DNA from: Vulcanimicrobiales bacterium
Lineage (GTDB): Bacteria > Vulcanimicrobiota > Vulcanimicrobiia > Vulcanimicrobiales > Vulcanimicrobiaceae
Assembly (NCBI GenBank): GCA_038231455.1
Contig: JBBRLI010000007.1
Span: 1 to 64,000 of the forward strand
Reading direction: 5' to 3'
Length of the DNA stretch: 64,000 bases
In this document: in pieces, positions 20,875 through 29,936 of the stretch
Numbering within the stretch: position 1 is the first letter of the stretch
Layout of the letters: every line of letters begins with the position of its first letter
Notes under the pieces: model-generated
Databases searched by the model: none
What the model was told of the DNA's origin: nothing
What the model saw: the letters and a program-made list of their open reading frames with translations, nothing else
Position numbers and translations under genes: made by a program

Positions 20875-22001
20875 ACGCGCGATCCCAGCAGCGTTGCTTC
20901 GACGCGCGCGCCGACGTAGTCTAGACCCGTCACGATCCCGAGATCCTCGCCGCGCAAATCCGACCCGTATTCGAGAAACGGGACGTACTCGCGCGTGTGG
21001 TCGGTCCCCGGCTGCGTCGGATCGCATCCGTGATCGGCCGTAAAAATCAAACGGTCGCCCGGGCGTAGCGCTGCGAGCAGGTCGGGGACGCGCGCGTCGA
21101 GCGCTTCGAGAGCGGCACCGTACCCGCGCACGTCGCGACGGTGACCGTATTTGGAATCGAAGTCGTTGAGATTGACGAACACGAAACCCGATTCGAGCGC
21201 GGCAAGACGTTCGAGCGTCTTTGCGATCGCCTCCGCGTTGTCGGGGACGCGATCGGAGGTCGTGATGCCGTGACCGCAGTAGATGTCGCAGATTTTTCCG
21301 ATGGCGTGCACGGGAATCCCGTGCGCAGCCATGCGGTCCAGCACGCACGGCGGCGGTTCGATCGCGTAATCGCGCCGATTGGGCGTGCGTTCGTACGCGC
21401 CGGGAACCCCGGTGAATGGTCGCGCGATCACGCGGTTGACGTTGTGCGGTGCGACGAGCATCGCGCGAGCGGCTTCGCACCACGCGTAAAGACGTTCGAG
21501 CGGCACGGTCGATTCGTGCGCCGCGACTTGAAAGACCGAGTCTGCCGAGGTGTAAAGAATCGGCCGTCCCGTGCGCTGATGCTCTTCGCCGAGTTCGGCG
21601 ATGATCTCGGTCCCCGAAGCCGGCACGTTCGCAAGCGGCGGCTTCCCGACGATCGCCGTAAACGCATCGATGACTTCGACCGGAAAACCCTGCGGATACG
21701 TGGGGAAGGGGATGTCGGTAATGATGCCCGCCATCTCCCAGTGACCCGTTATCGTATCTTTGCCTTTGGACCGCTCCGCAAGTCGCCCAAACGTGCCGCG
21801 CGGGCGCTCGGGGATGCCGACGCCGCGCACCGGCGTGATCCGCCCAAGGCCCAGTTCGGCAAAATGCGGCAGGCGCAAACCGCCAAGCCGCTCGGCGACG
21901 TTGGCCAGGGTGTTGGCGCGGCCCGTATCGCCATAGGCTCCGGCATCGGGCAGAGCGCCAACTCCGCCGGAGTCCAAAACACACACGATCACGCGAGGCA
22001 T
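20871..22001 (-). CDS. deoB: Phosphopentomutase
   Basis: VLDSGGVGALPDA, GKDTITGHWE, YTSADSVFQVAAHE, RVIARPF, FDSKYGHRRD, TADHGCDP and DHTREYVP. Confidence 0.95.
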   Translation of the reverse strand: MPRVIVCVLDSGGVGALPDAGAYGDTGRANTLANVAERLGGLRLPHFAELGLGRITPVRGVGIPERPRGTFGRLAERSKGKDTITGHWEMAGIITDIPFPTYPQGFPVEVIDAFTAIVGKPPLANVPASGTEIIAELGEEHQRTGRPILYTSADSVFQVAAHESTVPLERLYAWCEAARAMLVAPHNVNRVIARPFTGVPGAYERTPNRRDYAIEPPPCVLDRMAAHGIPVHAIGKICDIYCGHGITTSDRVPDNAEAIAKTLERLAALESGFVFVNLNDFDSKYGHRRDVRGYGAALEALDARVPDLLAALRPGDRLIFTADHGCDPTQPGTDHTREYVPFLEYGSDLRGEDLGIVTGLDYVGARVEATLLGSRV

Positions 22002-22102
22002 ACAGCGTTTGCGGTTCGCATGGCCGGCGAAGCGCGCCTCCCGGGGGCGGGACCGTTCTCCCGCGGCGATGAAACCGCGCCGGTCATCGTTCAGAAAGCA
22101 GA

Positions 22103-23800
22103 ATGCCCATTCGCCGTGAATTTTTTGCCGCAATCGCGCTCGTTCTGGTATTCGCGGGGGGCGTCCGTCCCGCAGCGGCCGTCACGCGGACGGTCGATCT
22201 GAATGCGACCTCGGTCCGCTACTTTAGCAACCGCTTTATCGTCACGGCCGACGGAAACGTGCGGGCGCGACTCTCGGACGGCACCGTGATTACCGGCAGC
22301 ACGTTTGCGATGGATTTGAAGCTGAACCGCTTCGTGATCGCGGGCGGCGTGCACGTGGTGGGACCGGGGATCGACGAGCGGGGCGCGGCCTGGTCCGGCT
22401 ATCCGGATCTTGACGAATCGTTCTTCTTGCCGGCGTTCGACCGGCCGGATCGCTGGACGCTCTTTGGGAGTGACTACGCCCACCCGCAAAAGGGCCGCGT
22501 CCAACCCGGCGATGCATTTTTCTTGCCGGATCTCAGCGGCGATCGGGCGTTCATCCGCGCGAATGCCGCGACGATCATCCCGCGTCAAATGGTGCAGTTC
22601 AGTCCGGGCAGCATCCTTGCCCTCGGGGTGTACGTGCCGATACCGGGATACGATCTGGTGTTCTCGGCGAATCCGAATTTCGTGCAGAACGCATTTGCGG
22701 GCGCGCTCAGCGATGTCGGCCTTCCATATCACGGCTCGCGCACGAGCGTCTCGGCAATACACGTTCGCTACGATCAGACCTACGGCGCGTACCTCGCGTT
22801 CGACCAGCACTTCGTGTGGGACAAAGACTACATCGTGCTCTCGGCCGATCCGCTCAATCGCCCGCAGCGCCAGTACAATGCCATCGGGTTCAAAAAGTTC
22901 TCCCCGAACTTCGAGAGCCGCCTCTTCCTGCAAGAGAGCGTGTATCAGCACGTCATCAGTAAGCCCGACGTCGCGACGCTGTTCTCCAATCTGCAGGCGA
23001 CGCTGGGCAAGAACCATACGTCCCTCTCGCTCAACGTCAATCAGTTCAATACGAGCTTAATTCCGGCGGACTCGCATCACGACTTCAACCCGCTCTCAGA
23101 TCAGCATCCCGTCGAGTTTCAGGCCGGACTCACGCATTCGAACACACCGATTAACGGGACGCCGTTTCAATTTGCATATCGGATCGGCGCTGGGATGGCG
23201 CACAACAGCTACACGATCGAAACGTTCGGGAACCAGCAGACGCCCATCACGACCCTCTGGTACAACGTCGCGGGCTTCACGCTCACCTCGCCGAACATCA
23301 AATTGCCCGCCAACATCAACATCAATGCATCGTTCGACCGGTCGCGTCAGCACTATTCGCTGCCGTTCTATCAGGACAGCGCCTTGACGACGATTTCCGC
23401 GAACAAACCCTACTCGACAAAACTCAATCTCTCGCTGACCTACAGCGTCAACAACCTCGGACTCTACTACGGCGATCGCCAAAGCGAATTTTTCCCCGCG
23501 AACGATATCCCGGCCGATCACGGGTTCGCAGCGTTTCGCGGTCAGACCACGAGTCGATCGCTCACCGGCGGATTCGTTTTTACACCGACACCCGACTTCG
23601 CGCTCAACTTGCAGTTGCGACACGAGACGGATTTTCCCAAGCAGGTGCCATTCGTGTATGGAGTTGCGCCGTACTCACTGACGGGCGACGTGCGTGTTCG
23701 ACTCTCGCAGCACGTCCTGATGGATGTCGGTCGCTCGTACTTCTTCAATTTTGCAAATCAACGCCTCTCACCTCAAACGACGGTACAATTCGCACCATGA
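22103..23800 (+). CDS. Exported beta-rich protein, LptD/OstA-like outer-membrane barrel candidate (copy 1)
   Basis: Signal peptide; OstA-like N-terminus (LNATSVRY...TADGNVR...ITGSTFAMDL...IAGGVHV); amphipathic beta-strand C-terminal region rich in aromatic residues, N, S and T. Confidence 0.6.
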   Translation: MPIRREFFAAIALVLVFAGGVRPAAAVTRTVDLNATSVRYFSNRFIVTADGNVRARLSDGTVITGSTFAMDLKLNRFVIAGGVHVVGPGIDERGAAWSGYPDLDESFFLPAFDRPDRWTLFGSDYAHPQKGRVQPGDAFFLPDLSGDRAFIRANAATIIPRQMVQFSPGSILALGVYVPIPGYDLVFSANPNFVQNAFAGALSDVGLPYHGSRTSVSAIHVRYDQTYGAYLAFDQHFVWDKDYIVLSADPLNRPQRQYNAIGFKKFSPNFESRLFLQESVYQHVISKPDVATLFSNLQATLGKNHTSLSLNVNQFNTSLIPADSHHDFNPLSDQHPVEFQAGLTHSNTPINGTPFQFAYRIGAGMAHNSYTIETFGNQQTPITTLWYNVAGFTLTSPNIKLPANININASFDRSRQHYSLPFYQDSALTTISANKPYSTKLNLSLTYSVNNLGLYYGDRQSEFFPANDIPADHGFAAFRGQTTSRSLTGGFVFTPTPDFALNLQLRHETDFPKQVPFVYGVAPYSLTGDVRVRLSQHVLMDVGRSYFFNFANQRLSPQTTVQFAP

Positions 23801-24672
23801 TGACGCTTCGCTCGCGCCTCGCGCTTCTCGCCATCGCCGCAGCCGTCGCGCTCGCGGCGCCGGTCCACGCACAAAGTACTCCGGCACCGGTGCCCTCCGC
23901 CGCGAGCACGCTCGCGCCAACGCTACTGACCGGCGGGCTGTTGCGCTTCTCCGGCCAACTGCTCGACGTGCAAAACGGATATATCTTCCTCACGACGGGC
24001 GATGCGTTCAAGCTCGCCCCGAGCGCGCGCATCGTGGAAGCGGCTACGAATCAGCCGACGACGGCGACGCCGCAGACGCGCATGTACGTACGGCTCGATT
24101 TCGATCCGGTGGCCGGGGTCGTGACCGAACTTGCGCTCTCGAAGAAGCCGATTACTGGTGAGAAGAGCTTCGAACAGGTCAAAGCATTTGTGGTTGCCGT
24201 CTCCAAGCCGGTGGAAAATCCCGAATTGATCGGCCGCAAAGGTCTTACCGGCAAACCGGTTCTGGTCGTCTTTACCGTCGAAGTTCCGGCGTCGACACCG
24301 TACAACGATCAAGTCTATATCGCAACCGATTACAGCAACTGGGATCCGCGCTCGATCCACCTGGATCGCTTCGATGCGCTGCACTACCGCGTCACGAGGA
24401 AACTCGCGTCAGGTACGAAGTTTGCTTACCGCGTAACGCGCGGTTCGTGGAACTCGGTCGAGCGCGGCGCCGATAGTCTCGAACCGCCGCCGCATGTCGT
24501 GAGCGTCAACGAAGTGGACTCGCAAGCCGAACGCTCGCATGTGTACCGCTGGTCAGACGACAACCCGCTCAACCCCGGTCAGCGCAACGTCGGCCCGGGG
24601 AATATCCCAACGCCGTTCCAAGTGAACCCCTTCCCATCACTCCCGCCCCGGGCGACGTCGAAACCGCACTAA
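23797..24672 (+). CDS. Secreted protein with C-terminal CBM20-like (starch-binding fold) domain (copy 1)
   Basis: Signal peptide ending VHA-Q; VVFTVEVPASTP..DQVYIA...NWDP...FAYRVTRGSWNSVE resembles the CBM20 pattern. Confidence 0.7.
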   Translation: MMTLRSRLALLAIAAAVALAAPVHAQSTPAPVPSAASTLAPTLLTGGLLRFSGQLLDVQNGYIFLTTGDAFKLAPSARIVEAATNQPTTATPQTRMYVRLDFDPVAGVVTELALSKKPITGEKSFEQVKAFVVAVSKPVENPELIGRKGLTGKPVLVVFTVEVPASTPYNDQVYIATDYSNWDPRSIHLDRFDALHYRVTRKLASGTKFAYRVTRGSWNSVERGADSLEPPPHVVSVNEVDSQAERSHVYRWSDDNPLNPGQRNVGPGNIPTPFQVNPFPSLPPRATSKPH

Positions 24673-24673
24673 C

Positions 24674-26275
24674 TTGAAACGGGCGTTTGCGGTGTGCGCC
24701 CTCGTGATGTGTGCCTTGAGCGCACGTGCCGACGCGCGCACGACGCTCGACGTGCGGGCGGGGACGCTCGACTTCTACAGCGACGTGCTCGCGCTCGTCG
24801 CGCACGATCGCGTCGTCGCAACGATCGGCGGAAAAACGATCGCTGCCGACTATGCCTACATCGACGTCTATCACGACCGCGCGGTGTTCGGCGGCGACGT
24901 GCATCTGCGCGAGGGCGCGAGCGATCGCGCCTTTGCAACGCTCGCGGTGGACATCGATGCGATCTGCGGCACCGGCATCACGGCCGATGAAACGCCGCGC
25001 ATCCTCGCTCTCGCGAAGCTCGATCCGCGCGATGAGGACGTGCTCGATGCATTGCCGACGGGTGACGCATTTACCGTAACGGCCTTCGATGGCCGCGCTC
25101 CCTACATTCGCGCACGCCATGCCGTGCTGAACGCACACGCAAGTGTACGACTCACACCTGCAGCGTTCCCGAGCAATCTGTTCGCGCCGCCCGCGCCGAC
25201 GTTTCTCTATTCGCTCGCAGCCAATCCGAATCTGACGACATCGACGCTTCCGGCCGCGACGTTCGACCAACCGCTCAACCTCGCAGGCGGAAAGAACGCA
25301 CTCCTTGCAGCGCATCTGCGGTATCTCGAAGGCACCGGCGGCGTGATTGCGTTCGACGAGCATCTCGTTGACGAGGATCGTGCGTACGCCGTCGCGTCGC
25401 TCGATGCCCCAGCGCGGGCAGCACAGACGCTAGGCCTCTCCGCGTACCAGCGTATGAGCGATAAACTCACGCAGTCGTTTGATACGAGCCGGTCGTTCGG
25501 CCTAACCGTAGCACACTATGCATTCAACGCCGAAGTCGGCCGGCTTTACGGGCGGCTCGATGTCGGGCAGGCGGGCGCGAGCGGCACGATCGAGACGAGT
25601 CTGCGTACGCGCGAACGTCCGCTCTTCGGCGGTGCGACGTATCGACTCCGAGCCGCATACGGTCTCGATCACAATCCGTTCGGCGAATTGAATCGCGCGG
25701 CCGATCCGCTGAACTATCCGCTTCTTTTTCGTACGTCAATCCAAGCCGATCTCGCCTCGCCGTTGTTCCACGGCCCGTTTGGAACGAGCGTCAGCGCCAC
25801 ACTCTCGGATGCGCAAACGTGGTACGCCTACCCGCGCACGCGTAGTTCGCTCGGCAGTACGGCGACGATCTCCAAACGATTTAGCAGCGCACTCTTCGGC
25901 AACGCAAGTGTCTCGACGAATTTCTTTGCCGACGATTACGGGCGCGCGCAGCTAAAATTCTTTCCGCCAACGCCAGTCGTTCTTTCGGACGGCAGCACTT
26001 GGTTCGGTGCGGATGCCTTTCGTGGGTTCACAACCTCGCGCACCTACTCACTCGATCTCTATCTCACGCCGCGGCCCTCGACCGACGTGCGTCTAAATAT
26101 CACGCGGACGAACGACTTCCCGCAGTTCAATGGCTACGGACGACCCATTACCGTCGCGCGGGTCGACGTCCGCTTCCGCCCGATCCCAAATCTTGGCATC
26201 GCAATCGGACGCAGCGACCAGTTCGGGTGGGGCGGTGTGAGGTTCTCGCGCTGGTCGCTGAGCGTGACGCCTTGA
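24674..26275 (+). CDS. Exported beta-rich protein, LptD-like barrel candidate (copy 2)
   Basis: Signal peptide ending ADA; shares ANPN, HxRY, AFDxH, FFP, AFRGxTTSR and DFP motifs with 22103-23800. Confidence 0.6.
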   Translation: MKRAFAVCALVMCALSARADARTTLDVRAGTLDFYSDVLALVAHDRVVATIGGKTIAADYAYIDVYHDRAVFGGDVHLREGASDRAFATLAVDIDAICGTGITADETPRILALAKLDPRDEDVLDALPTGDAFTVTAFDGRAPYIRARHAVLNAHASVRLTPAAFPSNLFAPPAPTFLYSLAANPNLTTSTLPAATFDQPLNLAGGKNALLAAHLRYLEGTGGVIAFDEHLVDEDRAYAVASLDAPARAAQTLGLSAYQRMSDKLTQSFDTSRSFGLTVAHYAFNAEVGRLYGRLDVGQAGASGTIETSLRTRERPLFGGATYRLRAAYGLDHNPFGELNRAADPLNYPLLFRTSIQADLASPLFHGPFGTSVSATLSDAQTWYAYPRTRSSLGSTATISKRFSSALFGNASVSTNFFADDYGRAQLKFFPPTPVVLSDGSTWFGADAFRGFTTSRTYSLDLYLTPRPSTDVRLNITRTNDFPQFNGYGRPITVARVDVRFRPIPNLGIAIGRSDQFGWGGVRFSRWSLSVTP

Positions 26276-26913
26276 AACGTATCGGTGCGCTCGCGTTTGC
26301 GCTCGTCGCCTTTGGCACTTCGGCGCGCGCAGACGAGCCGCAGGTCTACCGCAGCACGCTCCTGGGTATCAGTACGACGGCCATCACGCTCGAAGGAGGA
26401 GCGACACTGCGTCGTTCTCCGGCACTCGGCGCACGCGACTTCACCCGGGCACTTGGCCACACCGTCTACGTGCAGCTCGACGACGACGGGACCGTCACCG
26501 CGCTTGCGCTCGTGTTACCCCGACACGCGCAACTCTTGCCGCTTGCCGATCTGCCGCAGGCGACGTTCGCAATCGCCGCTCGCTCCGCCGCGCAGCAAGC
26601 AGCAGACCACATCACGCTGACGATCGTGGTCGCCGTTCCGCCCCGCACTCCCAGCGGCGATGACGTTTATCTGAGTACGGATCGCACCGGCTTTGCAGCA
26701 GCCGAACTGCGGATGAACCGCATCGATCCGCTGCACTGGGCAATCGACGTGCCGATCGCGCGCGGCTCGACTCTCGTGTATCGTTTCACGCGCGGCAGCT
26801 CCGCGAACGGTGAACGCGACGCCGCCGGCGGCGGCGTGCACGCTCATCTGGTCCTTGCCGATGCGCCTAAGCGCACGAAGGACAACGTCGCTTCATGGGC
26901 CGACGTGCCATAA
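26272..26913 (+). CDS. Secreted protein with CBM20-like domain (copy 2)
   Basis: TTG overlaps the upstream TGA; MKRIGALAFALVAFGTSARA signal; VAVPPRTPSGDDVYLSTD...YRFTRGS. Confidence 0.7.
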   Translation: MKRIGALAFALVAFGTSARADEPQVYRSTLLGISTTAITLEGGATLRRSPALGARDFTRALGHTVYVQLDDDGTVTALALVLPRHAQLLPLADLPQATFAIAARSAAQQAADHITLTIVVAVPPRTPSGDDVYLSTDRTGFAAAELRMNRIDPLHWAIDVPIARGSTLVYRFTRGSSANGERDAAGGGVHAHLVLADAPKRTKDNVASWADVP

Positions 26914-26961
26914 CGCCATGCGCGGGACCTTCGCGCCCGCCGTTCGAATGACGCTATCGTT

Positions 26962-28635
26962 TTGACTCGCAAAACACGAACCGCACTCTGGGCGCTCGCC
27001 TTTTTCGTCGTCCTCTTCGCGCGCCGCTGGCAGCTCCTTCGTTCGCCGCAAGTTTGGGGCGAAGACGGATCGGTCGTTCTCCGGGGCTTCATCGAGGTCG
27101 GCTACTCGACCGTCATCGATCCACTCAACGGCTACCTGGTCGGCGTATCGCGATTCATCTCGCTCGCCGCATTCGCAATCACGCCGGTCTACTATCCGAT
27201 CCTGAGTACGATCTTCGCTTGGATATTCGTCGTCCTCGTCGCCGTTGCGATTTCGCTCGCGCCGATTCGCATTCGGGGCGGACCATTACTGGCCTTGGCA
27301 ACATTGCTCGTGCCGTCCGATCCCGAAGTTTTTGGATTGCCGTTGTACGCCTTCTGGTGGGCGGGGCTGCTGATCCTACTCGCGACGCTCTGGCAGCGCG
27401 GCGCGGGGGCACAGGGCTGGCGCAACGCGTTTGTCGTTATCGGCGGACTTTCGTCCCCGGTCATTCTTCTCGCATGGCCGCTCTTCGCATACCGGCTCAT
27501 CGTCGACCGCACGAGTCGTGCCGAACGCTCGACGTTCACATGCGCGTCGATTTGTGTCGCGATCCAAATTGCCGTGCTCCGTTCGCAGAGCGTTGCGCCC
27601 GAAAAAAGCCTACTGGATATAGGCAACGTCCTCTTAGCCCAAGCGACGTTTCTGGGCAATTACATCCTCGGCGATCTCGCCCGCGCCAATGCCGGAATAC
27701 AGTCGATCGTTCTTACGCTCGCCGGTCTTGTGACACTTGCGTTCATCGCCTATACGCTTCGCGCGGAGCGGCAATCCCGCGAGGATCTCCTCTGCCTGCT
27801 CTACCTTTGGTTTGGTTCGATCGCGCTCTCTGCGGCTCGCATCCACGTTGCGATACTGGAGCCTGCCATCCGGGGTCCGAGATATTTTTTCTATCCGTTT
27901 GTCCTCGAGGGCTGGTTTCTCGTCCACCTCGTTTGCACCGCGCGGCGGCCCACAATCCGCATTCTTGCGGTCGCGTTTCTTGCGCTCGGCTTCGTAACGA
28001 CGTTACCCATTTTAAGCCGATCGCATGACGATCTCAATTGGACCTCGAGCCTCGAGCAGTGCGCGCAACTGAGTGATAAGCAGTCATCCCGCTTGCCTGT
28101 TGAATCCGATGGTAAATTGTCGTCAGCATGGTCCCTTGCGATCACCGGCGTGCACTGTCGGCAGCTTGTCGCACGCGATGCAATCGTAAGCCTTCTCCCA
28201 TCGCTTCGTCCGCAAGCGCTCTTTGTGGTCATCCCGATCCAAACGGAGCACATCGATCGAACGACGATTGCCTCGACCGCGGCAGTCCAGAAGAATTCAT
28301 GGGGCGGCAGCGATTTCCAAAAATCGCGCTTTTTGGGATTGACCGTGATCGGGTCGTGGCAAACTAGCGACGCGAATACTGGCATTCTCCAATTGCACCT
28401 GCACCGCGGCGATCGCGTGCTCTTCCGCACCGGCCCAAGCGATGGAGGACAATACATCGAAATCGCCGCCGAGACGACCACCTGGAAACGGCATCTCCCC
28501 GTCGCCATTACGCCGGATTGGACGATCTTGGAGTTTTCGAGTCCGGTTCTGCCCGATCGTTTTACGGTAACATTCGAGGACAGCGGGACGGCCTGGGGTG
28601 AGTGGTCTGCGGTAGCGCTCGCGCGTCATCTCTAG
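26962..28635 (+). CDS. Polytopic membrane protein, putative GT-C glycosyltransferase, with C-terminal beta domain
   Basis: PQVWGEDG...PLNGYL loop after TM1, PRYFFYP, about 10 TMs and a soluble C-terminal beta-sandwich-like region. Confidence 0.65.
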   Translation: MTRKTRTALWALAFFVVLFARRWQLLRSPQVWGEDGSVVLRGFIEVGYSTVIDPLNGYLVGVSRFISLAAFAITPVYYPILSTIFAWIFVVLVAVAISLAPIRIRGGPLLALATLLVPSDPEVFGLPLYAFWWAGLLILLATLWQRGAGAQGWRNAFVVIGGLSSPVILLAWPLFAYRLIVDRTSRAERSTFTCASICVAIQIAVLRSQSVAPEKSLLDIGNVLLAQATFLGNYILGDLARANAGIQSIVLTLAGLVTLAFIAYTLRAERQSREDLLCLLYLWFGSIALSAARIHVAILEPAIRGPRYFFYPFVLEGWFLVHLVCTARRPTIRILAVAFLALGFVTTLPILSRSHDDLNWTSSLEQCAQLSDKQSSRLPVESDGKLSSAWSLAITGVHCRQLVARDAIVSLLPSLRPQALFVVIPIQTEHIDRTTIASTAAVQKNSWGGSDFQKSRFLGLTVIGSWQTSDANTGILQLHLHRGDRVLFRTGPSDGGQYIEIAAETTTWKRHLPVAITPDWTILEFSSPVLPDRFTVTFEDSGTAWGEWSAVALARHL

Positions 28636-28994
28636 CGAAGTTGGATCGGGATGGACTCTTTCACTTCGACACCGTCGACGCTGCGCGCGATAATCTGGAG
28701 CGTATACGAGCGGTGCAGCCAAAACGGAATCCACGGAACCTTGTAGGCAAGCGAAAAACGGCCGACGCCATCGTGCTTCATCGGCAACGCGTAGTTCGTG
28801 ATGCGCGCTTCGACGTAGCCGACGTTCTCCGAGGTCTCGACGCGTCCGCGCACGGTGTCGAACGAATGAATCACGCGCTCGGAGATATCGTAGGTGTGGA
28901 TCGCGGGCATACCGTGGGGCGGCGGCGTCGCCTGGGCAAACGCAACCGAGCCCGCACCGAAGAGGGCCGCTAGGAGCATCGACCAAAACCGCAC
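28632..28994 (-). CDS. Small secreted Ig-like protein
   Basis: Signal peptide (AFA-Q), about 95-aa beta domain ending RSYTLQIIARSVDGVEVKESIPIQLR; start GTG 28994 or ATG 28979. Confidence 0.7.
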   Translation of the reverse strand: MRFWSMLLAALFGAGSVAFAQATPPPHGMPAIHTYDISERVIHSFDTVRGRVETSENVGYVEARITNYALPMKHDGVGRFSLAYKVPWIPFWLHRSYTLQIIARSVDGVEVKESIPIQLR

Positions 28995-28997
28995 GCT

Positions 28998-29936
28998 GTG
29001 GATTATCAACCCCTCGATCTCTCGGCGATGCGGGTGACATCGCTCGACGCTCGCCCATCCAAAGTGTCGCGCGCGGCGCTTGGGACAACGACGCCGGCTC
29101 CAGCTAGCTTTCGCGGCTGGTTCGATGCGCTCCCCGACGTCCTCGCCGGTGCGTCGCTGCGCGAACTGATCGAGCGCACGGTCACGGCAATCCGAAGTCG
29201 CCGCCCGATTCTCTTCGGCATGGGCGGACACGTGATCAAAGTCGGCCTCGCGCCGCTCGTGTGCGATCTCGTTCGCGAAGGACTGATTTCGGCGGTAGTC
29301 TCCAACGGTTCGGTCACCATTCACGACGTCGAGCTTGCGCTCGTCGGCAAGACCTCCGAAGACGTTGACGTCGCCTTGCAAGACGGATCGTTCGGGATGT
29401 CCGGCGAGACCGCCGACTTCATCTTAGGCACGATCAATGCGCGAGGTGCGAGCGTCGGCGTTGGACGCGCGCTTGGCGATGCGCTCGCCGGCGCACCGTA
29501 CGCGTCAACCTCGGTTCTCGCGACCTGCGCCCGCGAGAAAATTCCGATGAACGTCGTCATCGCGGTCGGCACCGATATCGTTCATGCGCATCCGCAAGCC
29601 GACGGTGCGGCGCTCGGAGCGGGTTCGCTTTACGATTTTCGCACGCTGTGCGCCGTCGTCGGCGACTTGCTCGATGGCGGCGTCTATCTGAATTTTGGTT
29701 CGGCCGTGCTGCTGCCCGAAGCGTTTCTCAAAGCGGTGAGTACCGCACGCAATCTTGGCTTCAGCGGTTCGTTCACTACGGCAGACTTCGATTTTATCCG
29801 TCAATACCGCGCGGCGACCAACGTCGTTCGGCGACCGCATCTGGGCAACGCGGGACGCGGCTATGCATTTACCGGGCATCATGAGCTGATGTTCCCGCTC
29901 TTCTGGCAGGCCGTTCGCGAACGGCTCGCGTCGTGA
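28998..29936 (+). CDS. Deoxyhypusine synthase-like (DHS-fold) protein
   Basis: GMGGHVIKVGL, IHDVELA, TSEDV...GSFGM, GTDIVHAHP, NFGSAVLLPEAFLKA and GHHELMFPL. Confidence 0.7.
   Translation: MDYQPLDLSAMRVTSLDARPSKVSRAALGTTTPAPASFRGWFDALPDVLAGASLRELIERTVTAIRSRRPILFGMGGHVIKVGLAPLVCDLVREGLISAVVSNGSVTIHDVELALVGKTSEDVDVALQDGSFGMSGETADFILGTINARGASVGVGRALGDALAGAPYASTSVLATCAREKIPMNVVIAVGTDIVHAHPQADGAALGAGSLYDFRTLCAVVGDLLDGGVYLNFGSAVLLPEAFLKAVSTARNLGFSGSFTTADFDFIRQYRAATNVVRRPHLGNAGRGYAFTGHHELMFPLFWQAVRERLAS

Noticed and set aside
20875-21984. Long N-terminal extension of the sugar transferase (589-aa ORF)
   Set aside because: It is an alternative frame of deoB; the real start is the ATG overlapping the deoB stop.
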